From a virus (taxonomy: Duplodnaviria > Caudoviricetes): a stretch of 64,000 bases of DNA. The notes beneath the pieces were generated by a model. The model did not search any database, had not been told where the DNA came from, and saw only the letters and a program-made list of their open reading frames with translations. Shown here one piece after another: positions 1-8,263 of the stretch. Each line of letters starts with the position of its first letter. Within the stretch, counting starts at the first letter, position 1. Position numbers and translations under genes: made by a program. The DNA lies in IMG/VR virus record IMGVR_UViG_3300028886_000037, positions 1-64,000 of that record. One strand, written 5' to 3'.

Positions 1-2165
1 TTGTACTTGAACTGCGGAATAGAGCTATTGCCGAAGTGATTGCCTCCGCCGAGAACGAACAGCTTACGCATGTGATTCTGGTAATAGCGCTGATTGTTCC
101 AGCCCATGATGATGGTCGAGCCCTGAAGACTCGAATCCGTGTTGGACATGTAGTAAGTCTGACGGATGTCGTTTCTAAGGCCCTTACCGAAGAGGAAGAC
201 GTTAGATTCACTGTCATACTTCGGATTCTGAGTAGTTTCGTCAAATACCGTCGTTATGTGACAGTTGCGTCCGATGATCACAGAATGCGAAGTGCGAGTT
301 CCGTAAGACATCGTAGCTGACTTGTAAGACTCGATCGTGTTGTACTCGACCTCAGTTCCAGTATCGTTTTGCGTATATCCTAGACCAACAACGAAGTTTC
401 CTTGTGACATGTTGGCCTTGACAGCGCCACCGATGTAGATAGAGTCCTTTGACGATTCGACTTCAGAGACGTGAATCGTGGAGTTCATCCTAGACTCTTT
501 GATACCCTTGATGCCGAGGAAGACGTTCATGTCAGCGTTAGTGATATCCAAGTCACAAGAACCAGCGACGAAGTTTCTGCCGTACTCCTGAGTTCCCATG
601 TTCGTGCTCTTGCTGATTCTGTTATCGATCTCGATGTCCTTCGAGTTGATGACAGTGTTCAGAGCGCGTGTCGTGTAGCTGCCCCAGTCAGTATCGTTGC
701 TGCCCTTGACGCGGTTGTAGATAAAGATGTCCTGAGAGTTAGCGATGAGCGTGTCATACATGATATTCTTTACGTCATCGCTTAGATCTTCCTCGTCGTA
801 TGCCTTCGAGAACGACCTGATACGAGCCGAGTTGAGGATCATGCTGTTGCCTCTAGCCATCACCTGATAGGAGTTGACGCTAGTGGTGTTGCCGATGCCT
901 ACTGCATTCTTACAGAACAGCTGATTGCCGTTGCCGAACTTGGTAACGTTGCCATCGTAGTCGTCCTTATCGAACTCGCTCGTGGAATTCTTTAGATAGT
1001 AGTCATACTCAGTGTTATTGAACTCGTAGCTCTCGTTCTCGGTGAAGAGACTAACGCCTGGCTTCTTTCTAGCGAACCAGTCCTGCTCGTAGATTACTCC
1101 AGTTTCACCGTTTTCGGTCTTTGCCTCGAAGAAACTCTGATGAACGCCCTCAAGACGAGCGTGTTTGTAACCATCACGGTCAGTCGTGTACTTGACACTT
1201 CCGATGACGGTCTGAGGAAGTCTAGTGTCGTCGGAGATCGGCTCGCTCTTGTTCAATACGGTCAGCTTAGCTGGAGATCCGAAGTCCACGTTGTGCTCCC
1301 ATTCATCTCCATCACCGACATCGTTCGTGAAGAACATGCGTGAATTTACGTCAATCACCTCGCCTCCCTGAAGCTGTTCCGCGTAGTATCCCTCTGGCTC
1401 AGACTGATCGATTGGCTCGACGTCGTTTCCGCGAATGCAGAATGCTGAGTTAGTGAGCAGATCGTTGTTCACGACGTGCATCGAACCAGCGAACTTCATC
1501 CATGTCTTGAATGAATCCGACTGGTCTAGAACGGTGTTCGGTACTTCCTTGGATGATATGCCGAGAGTAACGCGAATAGCGCTCTTGGACATCGAAGCGC
1601 TTGACGGATCGATCTCCAGTGTGCTATTCTTGAAGATGACCAAGCCGATAGCGACAGCTCTCTCGATTGTGCCCTGCTGGACGTCCGAGTAGAAGTCGAT
1701 GTTGTAAGCCTGACCATAGAGAACGATTGCGTCAACTCTAGCCTTTGAAGACAGCCTGTTGCCCATCATCGTGTCAGAGATAGGAATCTCGATGACGGTA
1801 GATCCGTGTGCGACCTTGTCTTCGCCAGTCATCTGGAATTCATCTGCTGCTTCCACGTTCAGATCAGTGAACATGTGAGAGCCAGGGCTAGACAGTGCAG
1901 CCTTGTAGCCAGATGAACTAGATACCGGTACTTCATCGGTTGCGACATAATTCAGATCTTTGAAGAGAACTATGCCATTGCATTCTTTCAACAGAGTGCT
2001 GAAGTCTGGAATAGGATTGTCTCCAAGTCCGTCTAGGTACTTGGAAACGTCATCTTTGAAAGTTACAGGCGCATATCCGTTGAACTGATATGAAATACCG
2101 CGTGACTGATTGTTAGCCACGTCTGGATCGCCTAGAGGGATGTACTTGTATGTGATAGTTGCCAT
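1..2165 (-). CDS. Large virion structural protein (possible tail fibre or baseplate-associated), truncated at the left window edge
   Basis: ATG at 2165 with GGAGA RBS; begins MATITYKYIPLGDPDVANN. The frame was open where checked and appears to run off the window, which would explain its absence from the ORF track. Ser/Asn/Gly-rich distal part; sits in a structural operon. Confidence 0.6.
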   Translation of the reverse strand, partial: MATITYKYIPLGDPDVANNQSRGISYQFNGYAPVTFKDDVSKYLDGLGDNPIPDFSTLLKECNGIVLFKDLNYVATDEVPVSSSSGYKAALSSPGSHMFTDLNVEAADEFQMTGEDKVAHGSTVIEIPISDTMMGNRLSSKARVDAIVLYGQAYNIDFYSDVQQGTIERAVAIGLVIFKNSTLEIDPSSASMSKSAIRVTLGISSKEVPNTVLDQSDSFKTWMKFAGSMHVVNNDLLTNSAFCIRGNDVEPIDQSEPEGYYAEQLQGGEVIDVNSRMFFTNDVGDGDEWEHNVDFGSPAKLTVLNKSEPISDDTRLPQTVIGSVKYTTDRDGYKHARLEGVHQSFFEAKTENGETGVIYEQDWFARKKPGVSLFTENESYEFNNTEYDYYLKNSTSEFDKDDYDGNVTKFGNGNQLFCKNAVGIGNTTSVNSYQVMARGNSMILNSARIRSFSKAYDEEDLSDDVKNIMYDTLIANSQDIFIYNRVKGSNDTDWGSYTTRALNTVINSKDIEIDNRISKSTNMGTQEYGRNFVAGSCDLDITNADMNVFLGIKGIKESRMNSTIHVSEVESSKDSIYIGGAVKANMSQGNFVVGLGYTQNDTGTEVEYNTIESYKSATMSYGTRTSHSVIIGRNCHITTVFDETTQNPKYDSESNVFLFGKGLRNDIRQTYYMSNTDSSLQGSTIIMGWNNQRYYQNHMRKLFVLGGGNHFGNSSIPQFKY

Positions 2166-2195
2166 CAGTTCTCCGATGTAAAGATTCTTTTACGA

Positions 2196-2555
2196 TTAGT
2201 GCTGCTTGGAAAGCTCAGTCTGGAAGACGGGCATGACGATTCCAGTCTGGTCCTCGATCTCGTTGAAGGACTGACAAGATCCCTGCGGCTCTTCTAGAGT
2301 GTGGTGGTGATTTCCAGCGATGATCTTACCATCGATGATCAGGTGCATGTGACCGTCGATTCCAGCCTTGTCGGTGTGACCGAGGTTGGAGAACTTGTCC
2401 ATGTAGTAGTGATGACGATGTGAATCGACCTGACACTTTTCGGTGTTAGGAATAGCGTCAGAAGTAGATCCGAACACCACAGAACCCGGAAATTCTCTCG
2501 GACCGAGAGAATTGATAACTTCATTCACCAAGTATGATTTTAGTGTCTTGCTCAT
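2196..2555 (-). CDS. His-rich (HxH repeat) putative metal-binding protein with a capsid-targeting-like N-terminus
   Basis: SHRHH, GHMH and NHHH motifs; N-terminus MSKTLKSYLVNE; TATAAATA upstream at 2584-2591. Confidence 0.55.
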   Translation of the reverse strand: MSKTLKSYLVNEVINSLGPREFPGSVVFGSTSDAIPNTEKCQVDSHRHHYYMDKFSNLGHTDKAGIDGHMHLIIDGKIIAGNHHHTLEEPQGSCQSFNEIEDQTGIVMPVFQTELSKQH

Positions 2556-2586
2556 GTTAAAACCCTTGCAAAAGTCTTTGAATTAT

Positions 2587-3303
2587 TTATAGCTGGCGGT
2601 CGCCCTGAAGCGGAACCATGCGCTGATAGTTGATAGTAGCGTCGATCGTTCTCACTTTGTCTGACGACTCGTAAGTGTTCTTCTCGTTTCCGATCTTTGA
2701 GACATAGCAGCTCTCGTAGAAGAACGAGACGACAGTTCCGTGCTCTGCTACCTCGTCAACTCCATCAGTAGGATCATATTGATTGACCTTCTCGACGTCA
2801 TAGATGCGCACGAGCATGTCGAAACGGAACAGAGCTGGCAGCGTAGGGAACGAAGAGTTGTCACCTGGATCTCTTCTATAGCGTAAGCCGTCGAAGTGCA
2901 TAAGCTGCTCTAGAATGCATCTTATGTCACGAGACACGTTGTCGTTGAAAGTCATGGTAAGAGATCCAGACTGAGCATATCGGCCAGGAACCGTGTACTG
3001 ATAGCCAGGAAAGAACATCTGTATTGCGTTCTGGTGTTCTGGGTGCTGTATGGGCACTTTGCAGACGCTTTTCTGTAGCTTGTCCATCCATGCGGCCTTC
3101 GTGTTTCCGCTCTCTTTCTGGAGCTTATTGACGACATTCTGGAGCCATTGAGGCGGCGCATCCTCCTCTTTCTCGTACTCGAAGAAGTCTGATTTTCCTG
3201 GATCTACCTGATCCAGTTTCTCTGAGAGGAAGAACTCGACCGTGAAAGCCCACTTAGGAGCGGGCTTGGTGTCGTAAAAGTCATTGTGAAAGATGTTGTA
3301 CAT
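2587..3303 (-). CDS. Tail tube (gp19/gp54)-fold protein
   Basis: gp19-like pattern: F-x-V-x-F ... PGRYAQSGSLTMTFND ... CYVSKIG ... IDATINY. Confidence 0.65.
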   Translation of the reverse strand: MYNIFHNDFYDTKPAPKWAFTVEFFLSEKLDQVDPGKSDFFEYEKEEDAPPQWLQNVVNKLQKESGNTKAAWMDKLQKSVCKVPIQHPEHQNAIQMFFPGYQYTVPGRYAQSGSLTMTFNDNVSRDIRCILEQLMHFDGLRYRRDPGDNSSFPTLPALFRFDMLVRIYDVEKVNQYDPTDGVDEVAEHGTVVSFFYESCYVSKIGNEKNTYESSDKVRTIDATINYQRMVPLQGDRQL

Positions 3304-3313
3304 TGACCCTCAC

Positions 3314-3886
3314 TTAGTCGTCTCGATACTTGCCTTCCTCAGACGGATAAACGTCGAACGTGTCGTATGTGATAGACGCAGTCAGCTTGAGAATGTCGTC
3401 GCTGCTTGCGTCCATAGAAGTCATCGACACTTTCTCCACGTTGCAGTTGTATAGCGTGTAGATGTTTCCGCCTTCGAACGTGTTGTCACGTGAGATAATC
3501 TCGATCTTGTCGAATCTCTTGTTGAACTCTACGTGCTTCAATCGCTGCTCTTCATCTAGGAATTCACCTCCGATTGGCACTCCTAGGAACTGGAAGAGCT
3601 TGAGATTCAATTGACCCTTACATCTCAGATAGAACTCGATAGAGGTTGATCCGCCGCGATCCGAGTTGATCACGTCTCTGCGATATGTTCCGAAATACCA
3701 ACGCTTAGCCAACGTGTTCTGCTGCTGTGGCAGATCGACTTTGAACGGATAGAACTGATTGTCTTCGCCAGTGTAGCGGTAATTGTAGCCAGTGCTGTCG
3801 TAGAAGTTGACTGAGAATAGACAGGCCTTCTGCGGGTCTGCCCAGTTGTCAAGATCACTGGTGAAAATCGAGTAGTTGTTGCTCAT
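3314..3886 (-). CDS. Tail tube (gp19)-fold paralogue
   Basis: VDLP ... SIEFY ... YTLYNCNVEKVS ... MDASSDDILKLTASITYD. Confidence 0.6.
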   Translation of the reverse strand: MSNNYSIFTSDLDNWADPQKACLFSVNFYDSTGYNYRYTGEDNQFYPFKVDLPQQQNTLAKRWYFGTYRRDVINSDRGGSTSIEFYLRCKGQLNLKLFQFLGVPIGGEFLDEEQRLKHVEFNKRFDKIEIISRDNTFEGGNIYTLYNCNVEKVSMTSMDASSDDILKLTASITYDTFDVYPSEEGKYRDD

Positions 3887-4677
3887 CTATAACCTCCTCC
3901 GTGACCTGCAGCGTTCGGATGATAACCGCCCATGTAAGCGCCAGATTGACCTGGCTTGTAGTCTTCCATCTTCCAGTGCTCTACTCTTGATCTCCAGTTT
4001 GTCAGATCTTCCAGCGGATCAGGATCGGTGTCGATCTCGTAAGTCATGTAGCTGAATGACATCGTCGGCAGAATGATCTTGGATCCCTCTGCGTCAAACT
4101 CATATTTGTAGTCGTAGTCAGCTATCTTGCAGTTGCCGAAGATGTGTCTCATCACGATATGAGTGAGGCTGTTGTTCCAGACGTTGACCACGATCTTGTC
4201 GATGTAGCGGTACGGACGATAGGAGTCAGTGTATCGGTTGTATGACTCGTCGTAGAGATTCTTTCTCAAGCAGTAACGGATGAACTTTCTAGCGTATTGA
4301 AGGTCTGTCTCGTGTAGCTCCATCTGGAAAGGCTCACAGCTAGATGTGTTTGGCGTGTACACTTTTCTTGAGCTGTTGCAGAACTTGATGACCTCTTCGT
4401 TCGGCTTGTATGACGGCGGCGTGAATCCAGCGCAGTTCTTGAACGTGAACTTTCGCGTCAAATACTCATCGAACTTGTTAGTCTCGATGCCGTAAGCCTG
4501 AATCTCCTCTGGTGTGAACAGATCCGTGAGATTCTCATAGGTCCTGTCGCCAGTCTTAGCCTCTTTCTCCGTTCTCTGCCAGTCCATCTCAAGATCATAA
4601 ACTTCGACGCTGTAAGCATCGGATAGCTTGAATGACTTGGTAGCCATGTAATCTTTTATGGACAGATACGGATCCAC
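3883..4677 (-). CDS. Tail tube (gp19)-fold paralogue
   Basis: FQMELHETD ... HIFGNCKI ... PTMSFSY; ATGA overlap with the next gene. Confidence 0.5.
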   Translation of the reverse strand: MDPYLSIKDYMATKSFKLSDAYSVEVYDLEMDWQRTEKEAKTGDRTYENLTDLFTPEEIQAYGIETNKFDEYLTRKFTFKNCAGFTPPSYKPNEEVIKFCNSSRKVYTPNTSSCEPFQMELHETDLQYARKFIRYCLRKNLYDESYNRYTDSYRPYRYIDKIVVNVWNNSLTHIVMRHIFGNCKIADYDYKYEFDAEGSKIILPTMSFSYMTYEIDTDPDPLEDLTNWRSRVEHWKMEDYKPGQSGAYMGGYHPNAAGHGGGYR

Positions 4678-4680
4678 TTG

Positions 4681-5007
4681 TTAGCCCTTCTTTCGGATAC
4701 GGACGTACTTGACTGCGTTTTCGATCTTGGAGATGTCGATATACTTCAGAGCGACGTGAGGCAGAAGATCGTGCCACGGATCTGAGATTCCGTTGAGCCA
4801 CATGATAAACCACCAGAGATCTGGCGTTCCGTAGAGTCTCTGGCTGATCAAGTCTGGACGCACTTGCTCCGGAGTTCTGACGACCGTCCATCGATAGTCT
4901 TGATCATTCAGCAATTCAGGAAAATCGATGCTACCCATGTCGAACTCGGCACGGTCATCGATTATGTTCTTCTGAAATAGCGCTTCTCTGTTGTATATTC
5001 CAGCCAT
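4681..5007 (-). CDS. Baseplate wedge protein, gp53-like (LysM-type)
   Basis: RPDLISQRLYGTPDLWWFIMWLNGISDP motif typical of T4 gp53 homologues. Confidence 0.85.
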   Translation of the reverse strand: MAGIYNREALFQKNIIDDRAEFDMGSIDFPELLNDQDYRWTVVRTPEQVRPDLISQRLYGTPDLWWFIMWLNGISDPWHDLLPHVALKYIDISKIENAVKYVRIRKKG

Positions 5008-5012
5008 ATATT

Positions 5013-6668
5013 CTATTTATTCGACTCTTTGTAATACTCGTCAAGAAGTTTCGCTTGCTCTGGATTCTCTTTTCTGAGCTTATTCACTTTCTCTACGCTA
5101 GCCGCGCTTCTATCCGTCAATTCCTTGTTCTTTGCTAAGAATTGATCAATACGATTCAACCATTCTTGCTGAGTAATCTCGCCTCTATCGAGCATCTGTT
5201 TAGACTCTCTATAGAATTTGCTGTTCTCAGCACGTTCACGTTCTATCGCATGTCTCTCATTATGAGCTTCTGCGATCATTCCAGCCATTACAGCCTGATC
5301 CTGAGCATTCTTCTCGACAGTGTTGCGGTTATCTCTGTAATACGATAGAGTCTGATTGTTTGATGGATTTTCTACTGTTCCAGCTATCTCGTCCGAGTGA
5401 TTCATCTGCTGCGTAGTAGATCCCATGAATGCGAACTGTACTTCCTCCGCGTTCTTCGCGGTCTCTTCCTTATAATTCTCAGAACCTTGTGCGACACGCT
5501 GAGCAGCGGCAGCCACGTCGGTACCAGCAGTGTAATTGTAACTGCCAGGTTCATTCGGATTTGATGCAGCTTTATCAAGAACTTGGAATGCCTGTTGAGC
5601 TACCTCTTCCTTAGTGCCGTTTCCGTATGAAGAGATACCTGCAGCATGCATTACATCTACCTGATACTCTTCATCGATATGCTCCTGATTTTCCTGAACT
5701 TGCTGACGCATAGCTTCTGTTCTCTGCGCCATAGTTCCGTAGTTGCCATGTGCGTCCATGCCGTTCTCATCTTCGTCTTCCTTGTGAGACAGAACGGCGA
5801 TCTTTTTCTCAGTTCCCTGCTTAGCTCCAAGCTTCTCGTCAATTTTCTTGAGATATGCGAGATTCTCAGCCGAGCTCTTCGCATCATCTGCTGCGACGTC
5901 TGCTTCTCTCTTTGGCTTCGTTGCTTTCGGAGTGTAGTAAGTAGCATCAGACTTGTCGAACTGAGGAATCGTGAGTTCCTCCATCTTGAAGTCTTCCTCT
6001 GGTATGATGATCTTGTCCTGGTGAGGATAGTCGACGCTCATCTCGTTGAAGTGGATCTTGATGGGCCACTCAACGCACTCTTCACTGCTGTAATCGAACT
6101 CTACTGTCTCGATATTCTCTACGAAGCAGTCTCTGAACGTGTAGACAGCTACGATTTCTGGATCATTCGCCTTTAGCCCTTTGATAACCTCTTCGTTCAC
6201 GTTGTTCAATCCGAGATCAAGCTTAGTGTCCTTGTAGTTCAGCTTTCTCGGATCGATGATGTACACGTTCAGCATCAGTTCTTCTTTCTGATTCGCGTAC
6301 TTGCGTGCGATCTCTCTTCCAGAGTATGTGCCAGTCTGGATTGCGCTCTGTATCGTCTGCTCACGGTTGTCATAGGATCTGCGGAACAGCTTCAAAAGCT
6401 CTTTGTACACAGACAGATTCTTGTCGTCGTTGAAGATAGCGCCGAAAGAGTTAGAGTTCTTGTAGCGGGTCGGAATCTTGAACACGAATCCAGCATGGAA
6501 TGCGTCCATTGTCTCGAGTTCTGCATCTGGAATGTCGATCTCCTTGACTGCCTTTGCGAGCTTCGTGATCGCTTGCGGAGGATCCCCGATAAACACATCA
6601 ATGCGGTATGCCCACGGAACGCCTGGCATATCTTCGTAGAAGTCGTTATTGAATATGTTGTACTGCAT
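5013..6668 (-). CDS. Tail-tube-fold N-terminal domain (about 215 aa) plus a long low-complexity/helical C-terminal extension
   Basis: N-terminus YNIFNNDFY..P..PW resembles 2587..3303; YTFRDCFVENIETVEFDYSS. Confidence 0.55.
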   Translation of the reverse strand: MQYNIFNNDFYEDMPGVPWAYRIDVFIGDPPQAITKLAKAVKEIDIPDAELETMDAFHAGFVFKIPTRYKNSNSFGAIFNDDKNLSVYKELLKLFRRSYDNREQTIQSAIQTGTYSGREIARKYANQKEELMLNVYIIDPRKLNYKDTKLDLGLNNVNEEVIKGLKANDPEIVAVYTFRDCFVENIETVEFDYSSEECVEWPIKIHFNEMSVDYPHQDKIIIPEEDFKMEELTIPQFDKSDATYYTPKATKPKREADVAADDAKSSAENLAYLKKIDEKLGAKQGTEKKIAVLSHKEDEDENGMDAHGNYGTMAQRTEAMRQQVQENQEHIDEEYQVDVMHAAGISSYGNGTKEEVAQQAFQVLDKAASNPNEPGSYNYTAGTDVAAAAQRVAQGSENYKEETAKNAEEVQFAFMGSTTQQMNHSDEIAGTVENPSNNQTLSYYRDNRNTVEKNAQDQAVMAGMIAEAHNERHAIERERAENSKFYRESKQMLDRGEITQQEWLNRIDQFLAKNKELTDRSAASVEKVNKLRKENPEQAKLLDEYYKESNK

Positions 6669-8263
6669 TAGCGTATGAGTCCTTTAACGAGAGCATCGAG
6701 TAATTTTCTGTTTCTTGATGGAAGTCCCTCTAGCTTACCAGACGAAGAGTCAAGCATTCCGTGCGAGACTGCCTTCATGTTCGACAGCTCTTCCTCTGAG
6801 TAGTTGAACTCGTCTCGTGTCGCCATCGCTCTGCCGAGAGATTCCATCTTGTAAAGTTCTTCATCCGTGACTTTGTTATCGTAAACATTTGTAAACTTAA
6901 CTTTAACTACGCTTCCATCTGCTGCGACGGCAGACTTCTCTTTGTTGACGGCCATGTTGTAAGATGCCTCGAGATTCTTATTGCCTTCCATGCTAGCTTT
7001 CGTGTACTCGTCACCAGCGACTTCGTTGAACTTAGCTTCGGAGATCTCACGATAATTTACGCCATCTACGCCAGTAACTACACGTTCATAAAATTTGCCG
7101 TCGTCACCCTTGTAGAGAGCTACTGCGCCTGGAAGCTCAATAGCTGCGTATGATTCGAACGGCTCTCCTCTAGTGTTCGCTGCAGTGTTCGACTTATACG
7201 CCTGATCAAGATTCGCTGCCCAGTTACCTTCTCTATCAGAAGTAGCAAATACGCCTTCTGTGGATTCATTCTTGAGTGTCGTTCCGAGATCTGCCTGATA
7301 TTTAGCCTGCATGTGAAATACCCAGGTCGTTGTGTGCTGAGGCTTGAGCTTAGATTGATCATAATTGCTTCCATCCAAGAACTGAACTTTTCGATCTTTT
7401 CCTCCTTCAGTTACGACCTTCGTGTCAACAACACTCATCACGACCTTACTGCCGTCTTTTCCACGAGTCACGAATGTCGTATTCTCTCCGAGATCAAGAG
7501 CATGAGTCGGAAGATTCTTGTCATAGCCGACAGAGTCTTGTTCGAACTTGCCAGCCAGTTTAGCTGCTGCTTCCTCGAACTCTTTCAAGCGCTTCTGGAT
7601 GTCTTCCATGCTACCCGCAGCGTCAGGCTCACGATCGAGTCCACCCTCTTCGATAGTCTTGTTTATCTCGTCTTCTGCGTTGAATCCAGCAGAGCGTCTA
7701 GTCACCCGATCAAACTCCTCAGTCTCGAATTCGACAGCGTTGAATGTAGCGTCAACTGTCAGAAGCTGGACAGTGCCAGTTCTTGAGAATCTCGGAGGAG
7801 AGATCGACTCTAGGACCAGAGAGTAAGTATTGTGGAAGAGCGAGTACTCGTTGAACTTGAGCTTGTTGTACTGGTCGTGGATGTTCACGTCTACGATCAG
7901 ATCGACGTTTGTCGTATTGTTGTAGATCGCATAAGGCTTCCAACGATGCTTCGCCTGCATAGCGTAAAAGACCTTCGAGATCAGCATGTCATCGGTCTCG
8001 TAGAACGTGATCGTCATCTCCTTTTCGCCAGTGGAGAAGAACGGGAACGATACGAAGAACGATCCGTACTGGATCGACTTGACCTCGGAGTCTGGCTTCA
8101 TCTTCGGAATCTTGACAGCCTTCACAGAATAAGCTAGCTTCTTGAGAGTCGAAGTCGGAAATACCAGATCTCCCTCGTTCGGACTATGGAATTGACAGTC
8201 GAACAGAAAGCTGTTCAACGGTCTCATCGTATAGTCTGTCTGTGCGTTGTCTATCCTACTCAT
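6668..8263 (-). CDS. Tail-tube-fold domain fused to a putative N-acetylmuramoyl-L-alanine amidase (Amidase_2-like) domain
   Basis: N-terminal VKAVKIP ... MTITFYETD ... VDATF; C-terminal WVFH ... SDREG ... AAIE ... VTDEEL ... SHG ... KLEG. Confidence 0.55.
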   Translation of the reverse strand: MSRIDNAQTDYTMRPLNSFLFDCQFHSPNEGDLVFPTSTLKKLAYSVKAVKIPKMKPDSEVKSIQYGSFFVSFPFFSTGEKEMTITFYETDDMLISKVFYAMQAKHRWKPYAIYNNTTNVDLIVDVNIHDQYNKLKFNEYSLFHNTYSLVLESISPPRFSRTGTVQLLTVDATFNAVEFETEEFDRVTRRSAGFNAEDEINKTIEEGGLDREPDAAGSMEDIQKRLKEFEEAAAKLAGKFEQDSVGYDKNLPTHALDLGENTTFVTRGKDGSKVVMSVVDTKVVTEGGKDRKVQFLDGSNYDQSKLKPQHTTTWVFHMQAKYQADLGTTLKNESTEGVFATSDREGNWAANLDQAYKSNTAANTRGEPFESYAAIELPGAVALYKGDDGKFYERVVTGVDGVNYREISEAKFNEVAGDEYTKASMEGNKNLEASYNMAVNKEKSAVAADGSVVKVKFTNVYDNKVTDEELYKMESLGRAMATRDEFNYSEEELSNMKAVSHGMLDSSSGKLEGLPSRNRKLLDALVKGLIR

